Assembly: GCF_014857065.1 (NCBI RefSeq)
Contig: NZ_CP046533.1
Span: forward strand, 120,001-152,000
Source of the DNA: Candidatus Saccharimonadota bacterium
GTDB taxonomy: Bacteria; Pseudomonadota; Gammaproteobacteria; Enterobacterales; Enterobacteriaceae
DNA: 32,000 nucleotides
Direction of reading: 5' to 3'
Position numbers and translations under genes: made by a program. Below the pieces are notes generated by a model. The model was not told the DNA's origin and did not search any database. It saw only the letters and a list, made by a program, of their open reading frames with translations. This document shows, in pieces, positions 10,941 through 20,268 of the stretch (the first letter of the stretch is position 1; every line of letters starts with the position of its first letter).

Positions 10941-11749
10941 TTCACAACGAAAATTACATTTACTGATAAATGTGAAAATAGCTAAAAATTAAAAAATAAC
11001 AATCACACATTTGTATCTAACTCATAATTCTAACAGACTATTAAACAATTATTTAGTAGCTAATGCAAATCTTCTTACTTGTATTACTTCCTATTTCTAA
11101 TTATTGAGAATCCTATTAATTGTTGTAGCAAGCGCTAGAATTTTACCAATATATCACTAGATTTAAACTATAAAATTAAATAATTTCTTTTTCAGTATAT
11201 AATTGTTTAGTCCTTACGGTGAATCACCTAATTTCATGATAGTTATTTTAGATTACTAATTCAATAATTTTAGTTAAATTTTAACATACTTTTGCTCAAA
11301 AATTTTAATATATATAATACACTACAACAGGTTTTATTCAACATAACCTATTACTTGTCACAACAATTGCACTTAATATTCTTTATTTTCGAGAAGATCA
11401 TGAAATAAAGGAGATAATGATACCACGAACCATGATACATTGACATGAAGTATATAGTGGTTCAAGATAATATATGTAATATCCACTGAAATCAGAAGTA
11501 ACATTATCATCTTGCACATAACTCCAATACTACTACGTTTATTTTATAACAGAAATAGAGACAGGTTAAGGAATAACATAAACGTCTTTTTTACATAATA
11601 CAAACTGATTACAACCCTACTAATTCTTATATCTAACATGTCTCTTAACTAAGGGCTGAAGTAAAACACTTACTGAAAACACAATTTTAAACACACTAAA
11701 TAATTAGAATTTCAAACCTAACTATTTAAGTACCATCCTGCGCATCAAG
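10941..11749 (+). pseudogene. gltA: Eroded citrate synthase relic (minimum extent bracketed by recognisable motifs; the original gene probably spanned about 10790..11900)
   Basis: There is no ORF of 60 aa or more in 10320..11884. This is the syntenic position and orientation of gltA, divergent from sdhC. Three collinear plus-strand relics were found. 10941..10976 reads FTTKITFTDKCE versus E. coli SCESKITFIDGDE. 11375..11431 reads NILYFREDHEIKEIMIPRT versus RILILHADHEQNASTSTVRT. 11717..11749 reads PNYLSTILRIK versus PNVDFYSGIILKA. They are separated by stops and frameshifts, with spacing about 70 nt shorter than in the intact gene. Confidence 0.5.
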
Positions 11750-11929
11750 ATATAATTTGTGATACTGTATGATATTAAATAGCTAATATTAGTTAGATAC
11801 ATGCAACAAACATTTTTGTCTTTCATAACAGTTAATCAATTCATTTTATACAAAGTTTTTACTAAATTATAATAAAATAAACTGTTGCTACACATAGAAA
11901 CAATAATCTTAAATATTCGTTCAAAAGTC

Positions 11930-12715
11930 ATGAAATTAAATTATAGAATAAAAGAAAACAATAGCAGAAATCCATTATCTTCTTTCACAATATTATTAAT
12001 TCATGGTTTATTTGGAGATCTAAACAATCTTGGAATGTTAGCAAAAAACCTTAAAATATATTATAAAATTTTACAATTAGACTTGCGCAATCATGGTAAA
12101 TCACCACATGCAAATACTATGAGTTATTTAGAAATGGCGCTCGATATTATACTTTTACTAAATAACCTTAAAATAAATCAATGTATTATTATTGGACATT
12201 CAATAGGTGGTAAAGTAGCTATGTTTTTATGTAAATTAATACCAAAACGCATCATAAAAGTAGTAATTCTTGATATGGCACCAGTTAGCTACACTGTACG
12301 TAATAAAAATCCCGTGTTTGCTGCTATAGACAATGTAAATAAAAAAGGTATTATAACAAGAAAAGAAGCTTTCCAAAAAATGAAGAAATACCTTTCTGAT
12401 GATAAAGTGATTTTGTTTTTATTAAAATCTTTCCATGAAGGAAAATGGTTGTTTAATATTCCTATTATTAAAAATTATTACAACATTCTTAACGATTGGG
12501 AAGAAAGTCATCCTTGGCCAGGAGATATTCTATTCATTAAGGGAGAACTTTCTTCGTATTTAAGTACAGAATATTACGTCAGCATTTTTCGACAATTTCC
12601 TCAAGCAAAAATAGAAAAAATACCTAAATCCGGACATTGGTTACATTACGAAAAACCAGAAGCCGTATTGAAAAAAATCAACACCTTTCTCTGGACTAAT
12701 CCTAACTATAGTTAA
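11930..12715 (+). CDS. ybfF: Alpha/beta-hydrolase esterase YbfF
   Basis: Homology to E. coli YbfF starts at the ATG at 11930 (MKLNYRIKENN...ILLIHGLFGDLNNLGMLAKNL versus MKLNIRAQTAQ...IVLVHGLFGSLDNLGVLARDL). The nucleophile motif GHSIGG and the C-terminal GHWLHYEKPEAV are present. The track start at 11885 is a TTG with no homology support. Confidence 0.9.
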   Translation: MKLNYRIKENNSRNPLSSFTILLIHGLFGDLNNLGMLAKNLKIYYKILQLDLRNHGKSPHANTMSYLEMALDIILLLNNLKINQCIIIGHSIGGKVAMFLCKLIPKRIIKVVILDMAPVSYTVRNKNPVFAAIDNVNKKGIITRKEAFQKMKKYLSDDKVILFLLKSFHEGKWLFNIPIIKNYYNILNDWEESHPWPGDILFIKGELSSYLSTEYYVSIFRQFPQAKIEKIPKSGHWLHYEKPEAVLKKINTFLWTNPNYS

Positions 12716-12871
12716 CTCATAAATCAACAAATAAAACAATAAGCACACTAATCAAAATAGAAAACAAATTCTATGAAAAGAGAAAATCTGACCTTGACTT
12801 ACAATATCAATATTCAGATAATATATTCATTATGAAGATTTGGGTAAAATTATCATCATAGCTAAAATTGT

Positions 12872-12876
12872 AGGAG
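12872..12876 (+). promoter_or_regulatory. Shine-Dalgarno sequence of fldA
   Basis: AGGAG lies 9 nt upstream of the fldA ATG at 12886. Confidence 0.55.
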
Positions 12877-12885
12877 CATTATGTC

Positions 12886-13404
12886 ATGACAGCTAAAATA
12901 GGGATTTTTTTCAGTAGTGATACAGGCAATACAGAAAAAATTGCAAAAATGATAAGAAATCAATTTGGTATGAATGTTGCAGATATGTTTGATGTTGCGA
13001 TAAGTACTAAGGAAGATTTCGAAAGATATGATAACTTATTGCTTGGGATTCCTACCTGGTATTATGGAGAACCTCAATGTGACTGGGAAGACTTTTTGCC
13101 AATTTTAAAAACAATTGATTTTTCTGAAAAAAAAGTAGCAATTTTTGGTTGTGGTGATCAAGAAGATTATGCTGAATATTTTTGTGATGCTATGAATATA
13201 TTGAGAGAAATTATAGAAAAAAATGGAGCTACTTTAATTGGAAAATGGCCCAAAACTGGGTATCATTTTACATCTTCTAAAAGCATAATCGAAAAGGATT
13301 ATTTTATTGGCTTAGCTATAGATGAAGACAGACAACCAGAAATGACTCCAATACGTATTAAAAATTGGGTTAAACAGATAAAAAATGAAGTTAATTTGAA
13401 ATAA
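12886..13404 (+). CDS. fldA: Flavodoxin 1
   Basis: The 172-aa ORF reads IGIFFSSDTGNTEKIAKMI...LLLGIPTWYYGEPQCDWEDF...FGCGDQEDYAEYFCDA...GLAIDEDRQPE and is collinear with E. coli FldA. Confidence 0.96.
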   Translation: MTAKIGIFFSSDTGNTEKIAKMIRNQFGMNVADMFDVAISTKEDFERYDNLLLGIPTWYYGEPQCDWEDFLPILKTIDFSEKKVAIFGCGDQEDYAEYFCDAMNILREIIEKNGATLIGKWPKTGYHFTSSKSIIEKDYFIGLAIDEDRQPEMTPIRIKNWVKQIKNEVNLK

Positions 13405-13510
13405 AAGTAAATTCATATTTATCAATCTGTAACTCGTAGATTGTACAAATGTTTTAATAATTTAAAAGGCGTAATAATTCGACGATCTACCATAAAGTTT
13501 ATAGAATGAG

Positions 13511-15229
13511 TTATGATTTCATTAATTTATCCGTTGCGCCATGTAGATTGTTTGCATCTTGCGTTTTCTTATTTTTATAATGAACACCTCTTAATTTTAC
13601 AGTTCTATTAAATACAAACTTATATTTACTAAAATGATAACTATCAATACAGAAATATCCTTCACGTTCAAATTGATAATGTTTCTTATTTTCAGCATAC
13701 AGAATATTTCTTTCCACAAAACCATGACACACAGTTAAAGATTGTGGATTTATGTATGACAAAAAATCTTCTGAAAAGGGATAATTTGTTGTAAATAAAT
13801 AATCATATAGATAAAATTCCGCAGCTATATTTTTAATGGCGGAAACCCAATGAATAATTCCTTTAACTTTGCATTTATCTAATGGATGCTGATTTAATGT
13901 TTGTGGATCATAAGTACAATAAATTGTATCAATTACTCCATGTTCATTTTTTTTTATACTTTCAGCTTGAATAACATAAGCATTACGTAAACGAACCTTT
14001 TTGCCTAACATCAATTTTTTAATTTTTTTATCATCAACTGTTTTTTCAAAAAAATCATTACGGTCAATAAATATTTCTTTACTAAAAACAACTTGGCGAG
14101 TTCCCATATGTAAGTTAAAAGGATGATTTAACATAGTAATGTTTTCTTCATATCCTTCAGGTAAATTATTAATAATCACTTTTATGGGGTTTAAAACAGC
14201 CATAATACGTGGAGCACGTTCATTAAGATCCCTTCTAATACAAGATTCCAAGGCCCCCATTTCTATGCAATTTTCTTGTTTAGTAATACCGACACTACAA
14301 CAAAATTCGCGAATAGATTTAGGAGTGTAACCTCTTCTACGTAAACCTGAAATAGTTGGCATACGAGGATCATCCCATCCTTCTACTAAATTTAAAGATA
14401 CTAGTAATCCAAGTTTACGCTTAGACATTACAACATATTCCAAATTAAGACGTGAAAATTCATATTGACGTGGTCTATTTTTAATACTGATATTATTTAA
14501 AATCCAATCATATAATCTACGATTATCTTGAAATTCTAAAGTACATAATGAATGCGTAATACCTTCTAATGCATCAGAAATACAGTGAGTAAAATCATAT
14601 GTAGGATGTATGCACCATCTATTACCTATGCGGTAATGATTAATAAATTTCACTCTATATAGAACAGGATCGCGCATAACCATAAAAGGAGAAGACATAT
14701 CAATTTTAGCGCGCAAACAAATACTGCCTTCAGCAAAATCTCCATTTCTCATTTTTGAAAATAAAAAAAGATTTTCCTTAATATGCCTAGAGCGATAAGG
14801 GCTATCCTTTCCTGGAGATACTAAGGTCCCACGATATTCACGCATTTTATCCAAAGGTAATTCATCTACATAAGCTAAACCTTTATTTATTAATTCTATA
14901 GCATAATTGTATAATTTTTCAGAATAATCTGAAGCGTAATGTACATTATCCCATTTAAAACCCAACCATTTGACATCATACTTAATAGCATCTACGAATT
15001 TTTTTTCTTCTTTTGCTGGATTTGTATCATCAAAACGTAAATTACATTTACCTTTATAAGCCTGTGCAATACCAAAATTTAAACATATAGATTTGGCATG
15101 TCCAATATGTAAATAACCATTAGGTTCCGGAGGAAATCTTGTATGTATTGATTTGCATTTACCGCTAGCTAAATCTTTATCAATAATTCGATTAATAAAA
15201 TTATTTTTTTTTTGATTAAATTTATTCAT
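13511..15229 (-). CDS. glnS: Glutaminyl-tRNA synthetase
   Basis: The 572-aa ORF is collinear with E. coli GlnRS. It has the HIGH region ([14 protein letters not shown]) and the VMSKR variant of KMSKS. The C-terminus is about 17 aa longer than in E. coli. Confidence 0.97.
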   Translation of the reverse strand: MNKFNQKKNNFINRIIDKDLASGKCKSIHTRFPPEPNGYLHIGHAKSICLNFGIAQAYKGKCNLRFDDTNPAKEEKKFVDAIKYDVKWLGFKWDNVHYASDYSEKLYNYAIELINKGLAYVDELPLDKMREYRGTLVSPGKDSPYRSRHIKENLFLFSKMRNGDFAEGSICLRAKIDMSSPFMVMRDPVLYRVKFINHYRIGNRWCIHPTYDFTHCISDALEGITHSLCTLEFQDNRRLYDWILNNISIKNRPRQYEFSRLNLEYVVMSKRKLGLLVSLNLVEGWDDPRMPTISGLRRRGYTPKSIREFCCSVGITKQENCIEMGALESCIRRDLNERAPRIMAVLNPIKVIINNLPEGYEENITMLNHPFNLHMGTRQVVFSKEIFIDRNDFFEKTVDDKKIKKLMLGKKVRLRNAYVIQAESIKKNEHGVIDTIYCTYDPQTLNQHPLDKCKVKGIIHWVSAIKNIAAEFYLYDYLFTTNYPFSEDFLSYINPQSLTVCHGFVERNILYAENKKHYQFEREGYFCIDSYHFSKYKFVFNRTVKLRGVHYKNKKTQDANNLHGATDKLMKS

Positions 15230-15750
15230 AAAATAAAATCTCCACTACAAGTGTTTACCAGATTATGGAAAACTAAGTTTTTAATTTAAACTAAACAAAT
15301 TATGAAGTAGTATATGTGTCTATATGTGTTTTAAATAGTACTTTTTAAATTACGAAACATTCTAATATTTAAAACGTTTAAAATATAAAATTTAATTAAG
15401 TTATAAACATTGCTATAAAACACGTTATAATTTAAAATAGATTCGAAGTAACTCAAGTAAAATACAAAATTTGGTAATGATTCACTATCATCAAAGATGA
15501 AATATTTTAACTTAAACAAGTTTTCTGTACTTTAATGTACTAAAGTCTAAAGTTAAAAATTGTTTTATAGTTTCACAAAATAAATAATTAGTAATCATAT
15601 TGTCGCAATGAAATTTTAATAAACGAATTGTAAAACTATATAAAATATTTTAACATATTTGTTCTCAAAGGTACTAAATCGAAAAATTCTAATTGTAAAA
15701 TACTTTCTCTATTTACATACACATACATACTTATTTTTGGAACTATTTAA

Positions 15751-16572
15751 ATGAGGCCGATTTTTTTACAAACTGCATCCCAAGTTAGTAAATGGGCTGC
15801 CGCCTATATAATGAATAGAATAAATAATTTCCATCCTACCGCTCAAAAACCATTTATATTAGGGTTACCAACTGGTAGCACTCCTTTAGAAACTTATAAA
15901 AATTTAATTATAAAATATAATGAAGGACGTCTCACTTTCAAGAATGTAATCACTTTTAACATGGATGAATATATTGGGTTATCAGCCGAACATCCCAAAA
16001 GTTATCATTCTTTTATACATAAAAACTTTTTTAATTATATTGATATTCCTAAAGAAAACATCAATCTTTTAAATGGAAATGCATCCAATTTTAAAATTGA
16101 ATGTCAAAGATATGAAAATAAAATTAAGTCATATGGTAAAGTAAATTTATTTATAGGAGGAGTAGGTGAAGATGGACATATTGCTTTTAATGAACCAGGA
16201 TCCTCACTATCTTCTCGCACACGAGTAAAAACATTGACAGAAGAAACTCGTTATGCTAATTCACGATTTTTCAATAATAAAATTGATCATGTGCCAACTT
16301 TGGCTTTAACAATTGGTATAGGCACATTACTGGATGCTCAAGAGATTCTAATTTTAGCAACAGGAAAAAATAAAGCGTTAGCAGTCCGAGCGGCAATAGA
16401 AGGAAATATTAATCATATGTGGACTATTAGTTGTCTTCAATTGCATCCAAAAGTAATTATAGTATGTGATGAAGAATCCACAATGGAATTAAAAATGAAA
16501 ACTGTAAGATATTTCCAAAAATTGGAAATAAATAATAGTTATAGTAATTGCAATAATTTGAATGCTAACTAA
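15751..16572 (+). CDS. nagB: Glucosamine-6-phosphate deaminase
   Basis: The 273-aa ORF contains [33 protein letters not shown] and [13 protein letters not shown], as in E. coli NagB. Confidence 0.96.
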   Translation: MRPIFLQTASQVSKWAAAYIMNRINNFHPTAQKPFILGLPTGSTPLETYKNLIIKYNEGRLTFKNVITFNMDEYIGLSAEHPKSYHSFIHKNFFNYIDIPKENINLLNGNASNFKIECQRYENKIKSYGKVNLFIGGVGEDGHIAFNEPGSSLSSRTRVKTLTEETRYANSRFFNNKIDHVPTLALTIGIGTLLDAQEILILATGKNKALAVRAAIEGNINHMWTISCLQLHPKVIIVCDEESTMELKMKTVRYFQKLEINNSYSNCNNLNAN

Positions 16573-16574
16573 AT

Positions 16575-17717
16575 ATGTACGCTTTAATTAATAGTCGAAT
16601 TTATACTGAAAAAAAGGTACTTAAAAAGCATGCACTAGTAATATCAGGTAATAAAATTAAAGATATATGTCCTGTACAAAATCTTTCCAGTCAAATTACT
16701 AAATATGATCTACATGATAATATACTAGCACCTGGCTTTATAGATTTACAATTAAACGGATGCGGTGGAGTACAATTTAATGATGAAGTTAATAATATTT
16801 CTATAAAAAATTTAAAAATTATGCAAATCACCAATCAAAAGTTTGGATGTACAAGTTTTCTACCTACGCTTATTACCAGTAATGATTTTTTGATGAAAAA
16901 AGCCGTTAAAATAATGCGTGTTTTTTTAGAAAACAATCAAAATCAAGCTTTAGGATTACATTTGGAAGGACCATACATAAATCTAAAGAAAAAAGGAATT
17001 CACAATTCATTTTTTATTCGTTCTCCCACGGAAGAAATGATTGCTTTTTTATGTGATAATAGCGACGTAATTAGAAAAATAACTTTAGCCCCAGAGCAAG
17101 TAAAAAAATCTGTTATTTATCGTCTACATAAATCTGGTATTAATGTTTCTGTTGGTCACTCTAACGGAACATATGCACAAATTAAAAATGCATTTGATTC
17201 TGGGATAAGTCTCGCAACTCATCTATTTAATGCAATGCCTCCATTAATTGCTAGAGAACCAGGAGTAATAGGTGCTGTTTTTGATATTTCAGAAATTTAT
17301 TCTAGCATCATTGCTGATGGTTTACATGTGGATTGGGCAAATATACGCAATGCAAAACGCATTAAAGATAAACGTTTAATATTAATAACTGATGCCACTG
17401 CACCCGCAGGAACTGATAAACTTAACAAATTTATTTTTTCTAATAAAGTTATACATCATCGTAATGGCTTGTGTAAAGATGATAATGGCATTCTAAGTGG
17501 GTCATCACTTACTATGATTAAAGCAATAAAAAATATTGTTGAAAATACAAACATTAAATTAGATGAAGCAATACGAATGGCTACTTTATATCCAGCTCAA
17601 GCTATAGGAGTAGATTATTATCTTGGAAGTTTAAATATAAATAAAATAGCAAATTTAACTGTTTTTACCGATGATTACCAAATAATAAAAACAATTGTAA
17701 ATGGTAAAGAAGTTTAA
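16575..17717 (+). CDS. nagA: N-acetylglucosamine-6-phosphate deacetylase
   Basis: The 380-aa ORF contains MYAL...PGFIDLQLNGCGGVQFND, LEGPYIN, HLFNAMP and ITDATAPAG, as in E. coli NagA. The start lies 2 nt after the nagB stop. Confidence 0.96.
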   Translation: MYALINSRIYTEKKVLKKHALVISGNKIKDICPVQNLSSQITKYDLHDNILAPGFIDLQLNGCGGVQFNDEVNNISIKNLKIMQITNQKFGCTSFLPTLITSNDFLMKKAVKIMRVFLENNQNQALGLHLEGPYINLKKKGIHNSFFIRSPTEEMIAFLCDNSDVIRKITLAPEQVKKSVIYRLHKSGINVSVGHSNGTYAQIKNAFDSGISLATHLFNAMPPLIAREPGVIGAVFDISEIYSSIIADGLHVDWANIRNAKRIKDKRLILITDATAPAGTDKLNKFIFSNKVIHHRNGLCKDDNGILSGSSLTMIKAIKNIVENTNIKLDEAIRMATLYPAQAIGVDYYLGSLNINKIANLTVFTDDYQIIKTIVNGKEV

Positions 17718-18132
17718 ATATAATGAATTTTGTATTTATATTAATTTAATAATGACATGAAATTTTAGTAAGATTAAACATTGCTGTAATTAATAAGAGT
17801 CGTTTTAAAACTTCATAAATATACTATAAAGTTAACTAAAAATAGAAGCTATAAATCTTATAACAACATTTAAATTAATAAATATTTAACAAAAATTTAA
17901 ATCATTAATGTTAAATAATAAAATAAAAAAATTATTTAAAATATTATCTTTAAAATCTACAACTAAAATTTCTCCCAATTATTAAATCACAAATTAGAAG
18001 ATTGACTATTCTAAATCAATTTAATTTTTCAATTAATTGTGATAATGTTAAATAATATAATAAGCTAAAAGTAAATTAGATAGAAATTGAAAATTACATG
18101 AAGTAAAATTAAAACAAATAATGTGGAATTTT

Positions 18133-18206
18133 GGCTACGTAGCTCAGTTGGTTAGAGCACAGCACTCATAATGCTGAGGTCACTGGTTCGAATCCTGTCG
18201 TAGCTA
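18133..18206 (+). tRNA. metT: tRNA-Met (CAU), elongator type
   Basis: A hand-folded cloverleaf has acceptor GGCTACG/CGTAGCT, D arm GCTC-AGTTGGTTA-GAGC, anticodon arm CAGCA-CTCATAA-TGCTG and T loop TTCGAAT. It is near-identical to E. coli metT/metU. No CCA is encoded (the following bases are CTT). Confidence 0.93.
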
Positions 18207-18273
18207 CTTTTAAATCTCAATTAAATATAAGTTTCTATGATTTATCTAATTTAGAAAAGAAAATGTTTTTCAT

Positions 18274-18356
18274 GCGGGAGTGGCGAAATGGGTAGACGCG
18301 TTAGACTTAGGATCTAATATTTTAGAAGTATGCGGGTTCAACTCCCGCCTCCCGTA
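18274..18356 (+). tRNA. leuW: tRNA-Leu (UAG), class II with long variable arm
   Basis: Acceptor GCGGGAG/CTCCCGT, anticodon arm TTAGA-CTTAGGA-TCTAA, a 14-nt variable arm and T arm GCGGG-TTCAACT-CCCGC. It resembles E. coli leuW. No CCA is encoded. Confidence 0.92.
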
Positions 18357-18392
18357 TTTTAGTTAAACAAATTCCATGAAATCACAAAAACT

Positions 18393-18466
18393 TGGGGTAT
18401 AGCCAAGAGGTTTAAGGCAGTGGGTTTTGATCCCACCATTCTCAGGTTCGAATCCTGATACCCCAG
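18393..18466 (+). tRNA. glnU: tRNA-Gln (UUG)
   Basis: Acceptor TGGGGTA/TACCCCA (U1-A72 as in E. coli tRNA-Gln), anticodon arm GTGGG-TTTTGAT-CCCAC and T arm TCAGG-TTCGAAT-CCTGA. No CCA is encoded. Confidence 0.93.
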
Positions 18467-18854
18467 TTATCATTTACGTAATATAAACACCGTAGAACTA
18501 GCCAAATTTTATAAATTATTAACAACAGACATATATCTTTAATTAAAAGAACGTTATTGTTGCTGTAATTCCAATTGTACCGTACAGAAATTCTAATTAT
18601 TGAATAAAAAATTGAAAATTACCAACACCCTATTCTATTTCATATAAAAATCAAAAAAACAAACGTTTAAAATATAATATTAATACTTAAGTATATTTTG
18701 AATTCATTACCATTCAGCATATAAAATTAAATTGCTAAAATATCATTGTTTGAATTATTAAGAAAAATATATTTTAAGTACATAGATATATAATTTAAAC
18801 ATTATATAAAAATTAAAATAAACATTTTAATAAAATTAGATTTGCTGATGCTAT

Positions 18855-20054
18855 TTAATTAAAAATACCTAAAGCATATTTTAAAATTTTTTTCTTTAAA
18901 AAAGGTAAATTATTCAAAAAGGAAAAACCAAAATTTCTCATAATTTTCAAAAAATAATTTTCGTTACTAAAAATAAGATAAAACAAATTGACACTAAATT
19001 GCATTAAAAAATTATCGCATCTACGATTTTGTTGGTAAGATAACAACACTTCTATGTTGTACCAAAGTTCTCTTTTACATCTGGAATCAATTAATATCTT
19101 TGCTAATGATTCAATATCGCGAAAACCAAGATTTACTCCTTGTCCTGCTAAAGGATGTATACAATGCGCTGCATCACCAACTAATGCTAATCCTGGGCAT
19201 ATGTAGCTATGGGCATGATGAGATAACAATGGAAAAAATTTCACATCATGTAATCTTATTTTTCCTAATTTTTTTATAAAAAAACCTTGTATTTCTTTTT
19301 CTAAAGATAACAATGACAATTTTTGAAATTGATAAATACGAAAATTATTATCATACCACATTAAAGATACCCGATTATTGCGCAAAGGTAAACATCCTTT
19401 TGGACCTGAAGGAGTAAAAATTTGCCAAATAGTATTGGATTGACATTTTTCTACTTTTGCATTTAGTAACATGCAAGATTGCCTATATTTCCAACCACTA
19501 ACAGAAATACCTGATAATCTTCGAATAATAGAATTAATACCATCAGCACCCACTAACAGATGACCAAACACCAAACTGCCATCATTCAGCCTTAATCGCC
19601 AATAATTACCATAATATTCTATAGAAAAAATGGTAGCAGGATAATATAATTTAAGAAGGCTATATCTATTAAAATTTTGCCAGATTGTACTTTGTAAATA
19701 CTTATATTCTATAATATAACCCATTTCCGGTATATTGATAGATCTAGAATTAAATATTACTTTTGATGAATAATTTTCCCAAGTTTCTAGTTGTTCATAT
19801 GGTACGCAATAAGATACATTAATACTTTGCCATACTCTAATTTTAGCCAAAAAATTTATAGAAGAATAATTGATAGCTAGCGCCCTAAAATCTAATTTAT
19901 TTTTATCAGGTATCTGAAAATTTTGAAATTTTTTTTCAATTAAAATTACTCTAAATCCAGCCTGAACAAGACATAGCGCTAAACTACTGCCAATTACCCC
20001 ACCACCCGATATTATAATATCGTAAAAAGATTTAAATTTGTTCATAAAATACAC
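18855..20054 (-). CDS. ubiF: FAD-dependent ubiquinone-biosynthesis hydroxylase (UbiH/UbiF/VisC family; ubiF by synteny)
   Basis: The 399-aa ORF has an N-terminal GxGxxG motif (IIISGGGVIGSSLA). LVGADGINSIIR and GLALVGDAAHCIHPLAGQGVNLGFRD are collinear with E. coli UbiF. The position next to the Met-Leu-Gln tRNA cluster matches E. coli. The start could instead be the ATG at 20045. Confidence 0.88.
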   Translation of the reverse strand: MYFMNKFKSFYDIIISGGGVIGSSLALCLVQAGFRVILIEKKFQNFQIPDKNKLDFRALAINYSSINFLAKIRVWQSINVSYCVPYEQLETWENYSSKVIFNSRSINIPEMGYIIEYKYLQSTIWQNFNRYSLLKLYYPATIFSIEYYGNYWRLRLNDGSLVFGHLLVGADGINSIIRRLSGISVSGWKYRQSCMLLNAKVEKCQSNTIWQIFTPSGPKGCLPLRNNRVSLMWYDNNFRIYQFQKLSLLSLEKEIQGFFIKKLGKIRLHDVKFFPLLSHHAHSYICPGLALVGDAAHCIHPLAGQGVNLGFRDIESLAKILIDSRCKRELWYNIEVLLSYQQNRRCDNFLMQFSVNLFYLIFSNENYFLKIMRNFGFSFLNNLPFLKKKILKYALGIFN

Positions 20055-20268
20055 AATTAATCTATATTAATAATCAATTTGTTGCTTTAAAACTAATAGA
20101 TGTCGTACATTACTAAATACCAAAAAAAAAATTTGTATTATATTCAAAACAAATAAATACAGGCAACTATAGTTAGTTATAAAAAAAATTAATTATAACA
20201 ATAAACATCATTAATTCTAACATAACAGAAATCTTAAAATTAATTTTTTTATTCCATAAAAAGAAAAC

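Noticed and set aside
11076-11542. Two additional GltA-like snippets in the gltA spacer: SYLYYFLFLIIENP versus NYLEVCYILLNGEKP at about 11073..11120, and YVYF versus HRVYK at about 11534..11545.
   Set aside because: Their spacing relative to the three stronger relics would need insertions of 45 nt and about 24 nt. They are made of residues that are common in AT-rich translations. I did not use them as evidence.
13423-13443. A hairpin (CAATCT-9 nt-AGATTG) between the convergent genes fldA and glnS could be a bidirectional terminator.
   Set aside because: The stem is only 6 bp with a 9-nt loop and no flanking U-tract. It is too weak to call.
13511-13570. GlnRS has a C-terminal extension of about 17 aa (…[25 protein letters not shown]) beyond the E. 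coli terminus.
   Set aside because: It is most simply explained by stop-codon drift into an AT-rich 3' flank. It contains no motif suggesting an added domain.
15311-15330. A tandem 10-mer occurs twice (TATATGTGTC TATATGTGTT) in the glnS-nagB spacer.
   Set aside because: There are only two copies and no further periodicity. This is consistent with local slippage and does not indicate an array or binding-site cluster.
18488-18504. CACCGTAGAACTAGCCA just downstream of tRNA-Gln faintly resembles a tRNA-Met 3' acceptor/T-arm end (CCGTCGTAGCCA). It could be a relic of the lost metU.
   Set aside because: Too short and interrupted. No matching 5' half or T loop is visible, so it cannot be distinguished from chance.
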